Below, one piece after another: positions 19,064 through 27,526 of a stretch of 64,000 nucleotides of DNA. The stretch covers positions 10,196-74,195 of the forward strand of contig JAVZGQ010000003.1 in NCBI GenBank assembly GCA_038998585.1, written 5' to 3'. This stretch comes from Candidatus Aenigmatarchaeota archaeon. GTDB lineage: Archaea > Aenigmatarchaeota > Aenigmatarchaeia > CG10238-14 > SCSR01. How positions within the stretch are numbered: the first letter of the stretch is position 1; the number at the start of each line of letters is the position of its first letter. Both the position numbers and the translations under genes were made by a program. Under the pieces are notes generated by a model that made no database searches, was not told the origin of the DNA, and saw only the letters and a list, made by a program, of their open reading frames with translations.

Positions 19064-19648
19064 ATGGAAGAAAGCATAAAAAATTTGGTCAAGGCATTTA
19101 TTGGGGAGAGCCAAGCGAGAAATCGTTATAGCATTTATGCTAAAGTTGCTAAAAAAGAAGGATTTGAACAGATCGCCGAGATTTTTCTAATCACAGCCGA
19201 AAATGAAAGAGAACACGCCAGCTGGTTGTTTAAATTAATCAATGAGTTGAAGAAGAAAAGTAAAGAAAGTTTAGATGAGATCCGAGTTGATGCAACAGCT
19301 TCAACAATTTTAGGAAAAACATCTGAAAATCTAAAGTCAGCGATTGCCGGTGAAAATTACGAATATACTAAAATGTATCCAGAATTTGCAGATGTTGCTG
19401 ATAGAGAGGGGTTTCCTGAAATAGCCAAAAGGCTAAGAGCTATTGCTAAAGCAGAAGAGCATCATGAGGAAAGATTCAAAAAAATTTTGAAAGAATTAGA
19501 AGCTGGTACAGTATTTAAAAAAGAGCGGGAAGTATGGTGGGTTTGTCGTGAATGTGGTTATGTTCATTTCGGTAAAACACCGCCAGAAAGATGTCCATCT
19601 TGCGATCATGAAAAAAGCTTTTATCAGATTAAGTGTGAAGAATACTAA
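19064..19648 (+). CDS. rbr: Rubrerythrin
   Basis: Diiron four-helix motifs are present ([23 protein letters not shown]), with a C-terminal rubredoxin-like CRECG...CPSC. Confidence 0.9.
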   Translation: MEESIKNLVKAFIGESQARNRYSIYAKVAKKEGFEQIAEIFLITAENEREHASWLFKLINELKKKSKESLDEIRVDATASTILGKTSENLKSAIAGENYEYTKMYPEFADVADREGFPEIAKRLRAIAKAEEHHEERFKKILKELEAGTVFKKEREVWWVCRECGYVHFGKTPPERCPSCDHEKSFYQIKCEEY

Positions 19649-19665
19649 ATATTTGTGGGTGAAGA

Positions 19666-20040
19666 ATGACAGAACAAAAACAAATCTATAGGTGTAATAT
19701 CTGTGGCAATATAGTTGAAGTTTTGCATGCAGGTATAGGTCAGCTTATATGTTGTGGTAAGCCAATGGAATTGTTAATGGAGAAAACCAAAGATATTGGT
19801 GAAGAAAAACATGTGCCAGTGGTAGAAAAAACAGAAAAAGAAATAAAAATAAAAGTTGGGGTTGTCCCGCATCCTATGGAAGAAAGTCATTATATTGAAT
19901 GGATAGAGGCAATTGTCGACGGAAAATCATTCAGAAAATTCTTAAAACCAGGAGATAGACCTGAGGCAGAATTTGAAATAAAAGTAAATGAAATTCAGGC
20001 GAGGGCATATTGCAACATTCATGGTCTTTGGAAATCATAG
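19666..20040 (+). CDS. dfx: Desulfoferrodoxin (2Fe superoxide reductase)
   Basis: An N-terminal desulforedoxin motif ([13 protein letters not shown]...CCG) is followed by SOR centre II residues (EKHVP...[11 protein letters not shown]...CNIHGLW). Confidence 0.9.
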   Translation: MTEQKQIYRCNICGNIVEVLHAGIGQLICCGKPMELLMEKTKDIGEEKHVPVVEKTEKEIKIKVGVVPHPMEESHYIEWIEAIVDGKSFRKFLKPGDRPEAEFEIKVNEIQARAYCNIHGLWKS

Positions 20041-20140
20041 AGCTATTAATCGGAATTTATAGAGTATTGTCAGCAAATTGTTAGAAGCGAATATTGCTTA
20101 AATTAATCAATTTTTAAATACATTTAAATAATAGATAACT

Positions 20141-20572
20141 ATGGTTTTAACTCTCAATGATTTAATGCCTATAAGTTTGTGTATAGTGACTCAAGAACTT
20201 TTAGATACAAAGCGCTTCAGGAACAATTTCTGTGATTTCACAATATTCAAATACAAAGATTTGAAATTTATAGGCAAAATAATTGAAACAAAAAGACAGC
20301 TCAATTCTTTTTCTCTTGAGAAAAATTTCTTAGAAGGTCACAAAACTATCATTCTTAGCAATATAGATAAGATAATCTCGCTTGTGGTTTCAAGATATGT
20401 TAATTTGGATTCAAGAGTTGTTGAAAAAATTGTGGAGGATTGTAAAGATATTATGGGGAAAATTTTAGATGTGGAAAATTTTGGCCAGCTTGCTTCTCTA
20501 GAGCCAGAGTTCAGAAGCAAGATAACATTAAAAGTTTACGAGCTTTTTGCTATTTCTTCAAAAACGAGGTAA
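20141..20572 (+). CDS. Hypothetical protein
   Basis: An intact 143-aa ORF with a GAGGT Shine-Dalgarno for the next gene at its 3' end. No motif recognised. Confidence 0.4.
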   Translation: MVLTLNDLMPISLCIVTQELLDTKRFRNNFCDFTIFKYKDLKFIGKIIETKRQLNSFSLEKNFLEGHKTIILSNIDKIISLVVSRYVNLDSRVVEKIVEDCKDIMGKILDVENFGQLASLEPEFRSKITLKVYELFAISSKTR

Positions 20573-20576
20573 TCAC

Positions 20577-20744
20577 ATGATAGGTGATGTTGGAGTCGAA
20601 ATAGAGAGGCTTAAAGCTAAAAGAGCGAAGATAAGTAGTAAAATAGCTTCAACAAGAAATTTCGAAACAAAAGAAAAATTGAAAGAAGAGCTCGCGAGAA
20701 TAGAATCTCAAATAAAAATCTTGGAAAATATGAAAAAGTTTTAG
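20577..20744 (+). CDS. Small coiled-coil hypothetical protein (55 aa)
   Basis: The ATG at 20577 lies 6 nt after GAGGT. The heptad-like sequence is EIERLKAKRAKISSKI...LKEELARIESQIKILE. This start is preferred over the ORF-track start at 20547. Confidence 0.4.
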   Translation: MIGDVGVEIERLKAKRAKISSKIASTRNFETKEKLKEELARIESQIKILENMKKF

Positions 20745-23700
20745 CGAGATTTTTTCATCTTTTTTAGCTCTTCCCATTTTTTCTTAAGTTCTTTCCAAGG
20801 TCTGTGAACTTCCTCTTCCTTAGCCCTAACTTTAGCAATCGGACTTTCTTCTTTAACCGGCCAAAATAGGAATGCTAATACTCCAGCAATTATTATTCCG
20901 AGAGCCAATAATATTGGCCAAATCAAAAAGCCCCCCGCCCAATTACCAGCTATGGCAAAAAGAGAAAGACCAGGAGAAATAGCTCTAAACTGATAATAAT
21001 CTTGAGTTTCATTAATTTTTACTGTTTGAAGTTTTTTCCAAGTGTTGTTGGAAAATCTGTAGATGGATATAGTTGAAACATCTATGCCATTTTCAATTAC
21101 CCAAGACTTTTCAATCTGAAAGTCTATGAGTACATTTGTTATATCGTTTTCATGTAAGTTTACTGATGAAATTTCCAAGTATTTTAGGACTAGACCTTCT
21201 TCTGTTTTTATAGCAGGAGGAACACTTTCTGGTTTTATACCCTCTTTTACAGTTAGGGTGACATTACTTATGTTCTTATTAACAAAAAGAGCTATTTTCC
21301 AAATTTTTAAGGTGTCGGCATAAGGAATAGTGATGATGGCTGGGGACTCAGGAGTAATCAACTGAATTTGAAAACTAACATTTACAGGCATGGCTGATGG
21401 TGGTAGGGTAGTTGTGGTAGTTGTAGTAGAAGTGGTGGATGTAGTAGTTGTCATATTGATGGTGTTTGGTAGTGTAGTGGTGGTTGTTATTGTACTTGTA
21501 GTTTCTGGTACCGAGACTGTTGTTTCAAAGGAAGATGAATTAACAAACCACAGACCAGAGGTTCCTTTTATCCATGATGTACAAGTTCCCTCAGTGTTGC
21601 CAGCTGTTATTTTCCAAGCAACATAACATCCGGTATAATTGTAAGGAGAAAGAGTGAAATTAACTTTATCAGAAGGAGTCCCCACTTTCACACAACTTGT
21701 ATTGAAGAAACTCACGCTACTTATATAGTTACATTTTTCAAATGCGATTTGGACATTGTCGGCATATCTCGGCCCAAGATTCTTTATCGTTACGTTAATT
21801 ATTCCGCTACTCCCATTTTGTAATTGAGAAGGATAATCAATTAAATTCATCAACAACCCCATATCATCAACTATTAGCATCTTATTTACAGGATCATCAA
21901 GACTCTCTCCTCGATAAACATTTGATGAATTAGAGCTCAAGTTTTCTGATGTGAGATTTATGTGAATGTAATACTTACCTCCCGGTAATTTTTGCGGAAT
22001 GGTTAGGTTGACGATCCAAATATCATCAGATAATGTTATTTTTGGATGAGTTATATTTTTAAACACTATATTTCTGACAAAATATGAAGCATTTGGTTCG
22101 AACAGCCAAACATTAGTTATATTATCAAGACTGAAAATCGAGCCCGCTGTCACATTTGTGCCATTTACATATTGGATTAAAAAACTTGCGTTAACCCAAC
22201 TGTTCTTTGAAGACACATTAACCGTTTCATTCCCATAGTCCTCACTTTTTAAATCTAATATTTTAACATTCCACTGATCTGTGAGATTTAGCTTTATGGA
22301 AATATTGATATTGGAATATGGGCGGCTAGTCAGGTTTGGATCTGTTGGATGAGTAGAATTAATATAAATCCAACCTTCATACAAATTTTTCGGCATCGAG
22401 CTGTTGAAAGAAACATTAATTTCGATTAAACTTGAATTATGAGGTTGAATTTCTGTTGTTGTATTGAAACTCAAATTTGCAAAGTAAGAGCAGCTGGTAC
22501 AATTTAATCTTGTAGAGTTAATAAACATTGTAGTTAGATTGTAATCACCAAAATTGCTTATGTTTATGTAAAATGTTCTAGTTAAAGTTGAATTATAATT
22601 TTCTAGAATTGTGATTTCTTTTTTGTCAAGTGTGTTATTAACTATAAGCATTGGAGCGGTGATATTAACTTTGATAGGAATTCTTATAATTCCATCATTA
22701 CTTGATTTGTAATCTAAAAAGCCTTCATAAGTCCCACTAATAACTTTTTCAGGAATTGTGAAATTGAGTTCTATTGTTTTTGTTGAATTTTCTTTTCCAA
22801 CAACATCAAAAGTTTTGTTTATATAATTTGTGAAGTTTGTTTTTATCCATTCGCTTGAATTAACAACAAAGGCCTGAATTGTAAGGCTGTATTCCGGTGT
22901 TTCTGTTGTAGTGTTTTTGACCACAACCTTCCAGAATCCATCTTTCGCCGAGTTAATTGTTTCTATGAATTCTTCTCTTTCAACATTACAAATCTCAGCA
23001 TTTTTAGACTTGTTGAATGAGCTTTCAATTTCAATTCCATCAGGATTGTAGAGAGTGATATTATAAGCTCCTTTTCCAGTCCAATTAAGATTAATTTTAA
23101 GGGTTGGCATGATCGAAGAATTCGGTAGGAAGAATGTGAAATTTCCCGGGCTATTTCCATAAAATCTCTTGACATAAAAGATTTGGCTACTTTCATTCAC
23201 AATTTCGACTGAAATACCCCCTTCGTTGTTTAATTTGAAAACTTTGGTTATGGGGATTTTGCTTACATTTTGGAGACCAAAATCAAATTCTTGCTCGCTT
23301 GAATTGAGTGTTAATGTGATAATCCTTCCATTGTACTCCGAGGTAGAATTTCCGTAAATTCTTATTTCAAATATTGTGGTGCTGTTCTCAATAAAATTGT
23401 ACATCAAACTTTCATTTCCCTCTTTGTTTATAGATTTTGCTAGGAGTTTCGGTTGTGCGCCGGTTGTGAGAAGGAAAATGTCCAAATCCTTGGCAGTAAA
23501 ATTCAGGTTTAAAGTCATTGTTGTAACATTTGGTATATTTGAAAGATTAAAATAGAAAGAGTGGTATTGGTCAGAATTTTCAAAAATTTTGCCATTAAAT
23601 TCACCAATCCCGGTTTCGGAACTCAAATTTATCGGAAGATCGATTATTACTTCCAAGCTTGTATTTTCATTCGAGTTTGAAGAGTTTTTTATTGTGAATG

Positions 23701-24463
23701 AACCGTAATATTTACCAGGCGCACATGGTAACAACAACCCACCATGACAATATTTAAGTAAGGTGTAGTTTGTGTTGCTGAAAGATGGTAAAAAATTTAT
23801 AGTGTTAAACCCACCAGTGTTGTTTTTTACATAAACATATAGTCTTGAATTTTCTTGTGAATAATTTGCAGGTACAGGTCCTGTGCCATTAGCAAAAATA
23901 ACAGAAATATTATAAGAAGAATTAGATAAGACAGAGAAGTTTACTTGGTAGTCGTTGGTCCAATTGAGATAAACGATTCTTGGTACTAAACCAAATTCTT
24001 TACTTGTGCTTATTTTTTCTGGTAATACAGTAACAGAAGTATTTGTTGTGTTTATGACACTGGAATTATCTAACATAGTAAAACTGAGATTCACCGTTTG
24101 GAAGATTAGAGGTATGGTGAGGTTAAATGAAAACCAGGCAGAAGAGTTTGCGTCTATCAAACTAAAGTCACTCCTCCATGTTAGATTTCTTGCATCAGAA
24201 TCGTAACTGAAGTTTGAAATTGTGTTGGTCGAATTGCTACCGTTGATAAATTCCAATACATCAGGCAAAGTTATGTTTAGTTCAACAATACTTGCTGTAG
24301 AGTTTGTATTGTTAATAGTGAAATTGAATCCCCAATTGCTAGTTCCACTTATGCAGTTTGTTGAGTTTGGGACTATATTAAAACTCGCGGCATAAACGAA
24401 GGAAAATAAAATTAACAATATTGAACTTAAAATTAAAGGCTTCAAAACTTTCATATTTCTCAT
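20741..24463 (-). CDS. Giant N-glycosylation-sequon-rich surface (S-layer-like) protein with a PGF-pre-PGF-like domain and C-terminal membrane anchor
   Basis: The Sec signal is MKVLKPLILSSILLILFSFVYA|A. I count about 85 N-x-S/T sequons by hand. A Thr-rich linker (TTTTTLPNTINMTTTTSTTSTTTTTTT) is followed by ...ISIYRFSNNTWKKLQT...YYQFRAISPGLSLFAIAG, a TM helix and a Lys-rich tail. Confidence 0.75.
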   Translation of the reverse strand: MRNMKVLKPLILSSILLILFSFVYAASFNIVPNSTNCISGTSNWGFNFTINNTNSTASIVELNITLPDVLEFINGSNSTNTISNFSYDSDARNLTWRSDFSLIDANSSAWFSFNLTIPLIFQTVNLSFTMLDNSSVINTTNTSVTVLPEKISTSKEFGLVPRIVYLNWTNDYQVNFSVLSNSSYNISVIFANGTGPVPANYSQENSRLYVYVKNNTGGFNTINFLPSFSNTNYTLLKYCHGGLLLPCAPGKYYGSFTIKNSSNSNENTSLEVIIDLPINLSSETGIGEFNGKIFENSDQYHSFYFNLSNIPNVTTMTLNLNFTAKDLDIFLLTTGAQPKLLAKSINKEGNESLMYNFIENSTTIFEIRIYGNSTSEYNGRIITLTLNSSEQEFDFGLQNVSKIPITKVFKLNNEGGISVEIVNESSQIFYVKRFYGNSPGNFTFFLPNSSIMPTLKINLNWTGKGAYNITLYNPDGIEIESSFNKSKNAEICNVEREEFIETINSAKDGFWKVVVKNTTTETPEYSLTIQAFVVNSSEWIKTNFTNYINKTFDVVGKENSTKTIELNFTIPEKVISGTYEGFLDYKSSNDGIIRIPIKVNITAPMLIVNNTLDKKEITILENYNSTLTRTFYINISNFGDYNLTTMFINSTRLNCTSCSYFANLSFNTTTEIQPHNSSLIEINVSFNSSMPKNLYEGWIYINSTHPTDPNLTSRPYSNINISIKLNLTDQWNVKILDLKSEDYGNETVNVSSKNSWVNASFLIQYVNGTNVTAGSIFSLDNITNVWLFEPNASYFVRNIVFKNITHPKITLSDDIWIVNLTIPQKLPGGKYYIHINLTSENLSSNSSNVYRGESLDDPVNKMLIVDDMGLLMNLIDYPSQLQNGSSGIINVTIKNLGPRYADNVQIAFEKCNYISSVSFFNTSCVKVGTPSDKVNFTLSPYNYTGCYVAWKITAGNTEGTCTSWIKGTSGLWFVNSSSFETTVSVPETTSTITTTTTLPNTINMTTTTSTTSTTTTTTTLPPSAMPVNVSFQIQLITPESPAIITIPYADTLKIWKIALFVNKNISNVTLTVKEGIKPESVPPAIKTEEGLVLKYLEISSVNLHENDITNVLIDFQIEKSWVIENGIDVSTISIYRFSNNTWKKLQTVKINETQDYYQFRAISPGLSLFAIAGNWAGGFLIWPILLALGIIIAGVLAFLFWPVKEESPIAKVRAKEEEVHRPWKELKKKWEELKKMKKSR

Positions 24464-24536
24464 TAAAAATATTTCTATTTTTAAGATAAAAATATAACCA
24501 AAAAGAATTTATTCAAGCTTTTACTTTTTTAAATTG

Positions 24537-25124
24537 ATGAAACTTGTTTGGTTTTTTATCATCTTGACGACAATTTTTATTGCAGGCTGTGTGGGGAAGA
24601 AAATGTCAAATTTGGAAGGAAAGAGAGTTTTGATGATAATAGCTCCAAACAATTTTAGAGATGAAGAATTGCTTAAACCAAAAGAAATTCTGGAAAAAGC
24701 AAGAGCAGAAGTTAAAGTGGCTTCCAAGGGTGTCAAAGAAGCAAGAGGAATGATGGGTTCAATTGTGAGTGTTGACCTTGATATAAGTGAAGCTGAAGTT
24801 CAAAACTATGATGCAATAATTTTTGTTGGTGGCACAGGAGCAGAAATTTACTTCAATGATTCAACAGCTTTAGGTATAGTTAGAAAGGCTTATGAGCAAG
24901 GTAAGGTTATTGGGGCAATTTGTATAGCCCCTTCAATTTTAGCTAATGCCGGAATTCTTGAAGGTAAGAAAGCAACATCCTGGCCTAGCGAGACAAGTAA
25001 TTTAGAAGCTAATGGGGTGAGGTATACCGGTGAGTCAGTAACTGTAGATGGAAAAATAATAACAGCCAAAGGACCAGAAGCTGCAAGTCAGTTTGGCAAA
25101 GCTATAGCCGAAGCTTTAAGTTAA
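24537..25124 (+). CDS. DJ-1/PfpI family protein with a lipoprotein-type signal
   Basis: MKLVWFFIILTTIFIAGC is a lipobox-like IAGC. The DJ-1/PfpI nucleophile elbow is GAICIAPSILANAG. The ATG at 24537 is preferred over the TTG at 24534. Confidence 0.75.
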   Translation: MKLVWFFIILTTIFIAGCVGKKMSNLEGKRVLMIIAPNNFRDEELLKPKEILEKARAEVKVASKGVKEARGMMGSIVSVDLDISEAEVQNYDAIIFVGGTGAEIYFNDSTALGIVRKAYEQGKVIGAICIAPSILANAGILEGKKATSWPSETSNLEANGVRYTGESVTVDGKIITAKGPEAASQFGKAIAEALS

Positions 25125-25155
25125 AATGCCCCCGAGGGGATTTGAACCCCCAACC

Positions 25156-25175
25156 TTACCGAGAGCTAAACTCTT
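25156..25175 (-). other. tRNA intron 2 (20 nt, position 44/45), bulge-helix-bulge motif
   Basis: The central helix is GCCG:CGGT, with 3-nt bulges TTA and AAG and the inner helix AGAG-tttag-CTCT. Splicing leaves the variable loop TGGTT, compared with TGGTC in the other tRNA-Arg. Confidence 0.7.
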
Positions 25176-25213
25176 AACGGCTTAGGAAGCCGCTGCTCTA
25201 TCCAAATTGAGCT

Positions 25214-25228
25214 TTCCTCACAATAGTT
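25214..25228 (-). other. tRNA intron 1 (15 nt, position 8/9), relaxed bulge-helix motif
   Basis: Acceptor nts 3-6 (CCTC) pair with intron GAGG to form a 4-bp helix. The helix is flanked by G7-U8-A on the 5' strand and an AAA bulge just before the D-stem GCTC. Confidence 0.65.
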
Positions 25229-25676
25229 ACGAGGGCATCAACGGATAGCTATATTTTTTACCTAAGTATTTTATATTTTGTTTTAACATTTTAGCTTTCC
25301 TCCTAATAACAAAAGTTTTTATTTCTCTCTTTTTTATTTTTTTACAAATGTAAAAATTTGTTTTTTACCAAATATCTTTAAATAAATAATTAAATAAGTT
25401 CATTAAATTTCTTAGCTCATCCTTTGTTATTTTTAAAATAAATTGAAAGATTAGTAAGACATTGGTTTACAAAGTATACTTTGGGGCACACAAGATTTGG
25501 ATTTAACGAGATTTACTATACATATGAAATGGGAGTGGGTAAAGTAAAATAATAGAGCTGAAAATAAAAAACGAATACAAAAAGAGTCTCTTAAAAATAT
25601 TTTAAGCATAATTAACCAGTCCACATGACAGTAATTTTTTATTAAATTTATACAATCAGCTTAATTAATTATAATT

Positions 25677-26783
25677 ATGCTCTCTGAAAAAGAATTGCAA
25701 AAAATTTCAAGAGGCATAATTAGAAAGAACCTGGTTGTAAAAGAAAAAGATGTTACTTTAATTTCTTGTGGTCCAAAATCTTTAAAATTTGCTGAGGCCT
25801 TGGCTCTAGAATCAGCAAAAGTTGGGGCACAACCAACAATAAATTATGGCAGTGATGAGCTTAGTTTAAAAATTTATGAATCAACCAAGATTAGGCACCT
25901 AAAACAATGGCCAAAGCTTGCTGATGTTCTTTCCAAGCTGGTTGATGTTAAGATTGTGATAGATGATACAAATCCTTTTGTTGCAAGACAAATTCCACAG
26001 AACAAAATTGAGATTAGGAGAAAAATCGTGAAGCCAATAATGAAAAGAGAAGAAGAAAGACAGATGAAAAAGGAAATGAAAGCTGCTTTGATAGGCTTTC
26101 CAACAGAAGAAGAAGCAAAAGCAATTGGTATCACTTTTCAAAAACTGGAAAAAATTTTTTGGAATGCGATGAAAGTGGATTACGAAAAACTTTACGAATA
26201 CAACAAAAATTTAATCATAAGGCTGAAAAATGCCAATAAGATTAAGATAGTTGGTGAAATGACTGATTTGGAATTTTCTGTCAGGGGAAGAAAGTTCATA
26301 AACGCATGTGGTCTTGTTTCTAAAAAAGACGAGATAGGCTACTTGAATTTGCCTGATGGTGAAGTTTTTTGCCCTCCAATTGAAAATTCTGTTAACGGCG
26401 AGATCTACTTTGATTTACCTTGCATGTGGCATTATGGAAAAAGAGTAGAGGGGGTTTGGCTTAAGTTTGAAAAAGGAAGGCTTGTTGATTTTGAGATTGA
26501 GAAAGGAAAAGAGAATTTTGAAGATGTTTTTAGACACGCTTCTGGCGATAAGGATAAAATAGGTGAATTTGCAATTGGTACAAATCCTAAAGCAAGACCA
26601 ACCGGTGGAATGATAATAATAGACGAAAAGTGTAAATCCACAATTCACTGTGCTTTAGGGCACAACAAACACTTTGGAGGGAAAAATGATTCAACTATTC
26701 ACTGGGATTTTTTCAAGGATATGAGGCATGGAGAAATTTATGTTGATGGCGAGCTTTTAATGAAAAATGGAAAGATAGTGTAG
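25677..26783 (+). CDS. Aminopeptidase, M29 (AmpS/aminopeptidase T) family
   Basis: Length and motifs fit thermophilic metalloprotease M29 (LPDGEVFCPP, EFAIGTNP, STIHCALG, HWDF). Confidence 0.7.
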   Translation: MLSEKELQKISRGIIRKNLVVKEKDVTLISCGPKSLKFAEALALESAKVGAQPTINYGSDELSLKIYESTKIRHLKQWPKLADVLSKLVDVKIVIDDTNPFVARQIPQNKIEIRRKIVKPIMKREEERQMKKEMKAALIGFPTEEEAKAIGITFQKLEKIFWNAMKVDYEKLYEYNKNLIIRLKNANKIKIVGEMTDLEFSVRGRKFINACGLVSKKDEIGYLNLPDGEVFCPPIENSVNGEIYFDLPCMWHYGKRVEGVWLKFEKGRLVDFEIEKGKENFEDVFRHASGDKDKIGEFAIGTNPKARPTGGMIIIDEKCKSTIHCALGHNKHFGGKNDSTIHWDFFKDMRHGEIYVDGELLMKNGKIV

Positions 26784-26785
26784 GT

Positions 26786-27520
26786 ATGGGCATAATTAAA
26801 ACAAAAAAAGAGATAAAGCTTCTTGAGAGATCAGCCAAAATTTCAAATTCTTGTTTGCCCTTGATTAAAACTCTATTGAAAAAAGAAAAAGTTACGGAAA
26901 AAGATATTGCTAAAGCAATTAGAAGAAAAATTTATTCTCAGGGAGCAAGTCTTGCCTTTCGAACTCTAGTTGCATGTGGTAAAAGGGCAGCAAAGATTCA
27001 CCCAAAACCAGCGGCAACTAACAAGATAATTTCTGGCCTAGGCTATATTGACTTTGGCGCTTCTTTCAAGGGATATAAAACAGATGTCACGGTTCCTTTT
27101 GTGAAGGGAAAAATTAGCAAGGAAGAAGAGAAAATGATCAAAGTTGTGGAGAAAGCTTATGATTTGGCTTTGAAATCCATTAAGGTTGGTTTACCTTGTT
27201 TTCAACTTTTTGAAAAGGTTGACAATTTCTTGAGAAGACAAGGTTTTACTATGCAACATTCTCTTGGTCATGGGGTTGGATTGAAAATTCACGAGCTACC
27301 TACAATTGGTATACCGAAAGATAAATTGAAGAAATTGATTAAGAAGAATAAAAATAGTTTGGAAAAATTGAAAAGCATAAGGTTCAAGGAAGAAATGGTC
27401 TTTACTATAGAGCCAGCTATTTATCTCAAGGGTGTTGGTGGTTGTAGACTTGAAAATGACATTTTGTTAACGAGAAATGGTCCAAGGCCTCTCACTCATG
27501 CAAGGTTAATCAGAATTTAA
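26786..27520 (+). CDS. M24 family metallopeptidase (Xaa-Pro peptidase-like catalytic domain only)
   Basis: The pita-bread fold motifs are present: DFGASFKGYKTDVT, HSLGHGVGLKIHELP, FTIEPAIY and RLEND. Confidence 0.75.
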   Translation: MGIIKTKKEIKLLERSAKISNSCLPLIKTLLKKEKVTEKDIAKAIRRKIYSQGASLAFRTLVACGKRAAKIHPKPAATNKIISGLGYIDFGASFKGYKTDVTVPFVKGKISKEEEKMIKVVEKAYDLALKSIKVGLPCFQLFEKVDNFLRRQGFTMQHSLGHGVGLKIHELPTIGIPKDKLKKLIKKNKNSLEKLKSIRFKEEMVFTIEPAIYLKGVGGCRLENDILLTRNGPRPLTHARLIRI

Positions 27521-27526
27521 ACAGGT

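Larger units (their letters stand above)
25127..25236 (-). tRNA. tRNA-Arg(CCT) with two non-canonical introns (15 nt at 8/9, 20 nt at 44/45); no encoded CCA
   Basis: The acceptor GCCCTCG pairs with CGGGGGC. Other elements are the D-arm GCTCAATTTGGATAGAGC, anticodon stem-loop GCGGC-TTCCTAA-GCCGT and T-arm GGGGG-TTCAAAT-CCCCT. Removing 25214-25228 and 25156-25175 leaves a 75-nt cloverleaf. Confidence 0.8.

Noticed and set aside
21390-21626. A plus-strand ORF with a poly-Val run (VVVVVVVEVVDVVVV)
   Set aside because: It is the antisense reading of the poly-Thr (ACC/ACT/ACA) linker of the surface protein and is not an independent gene.
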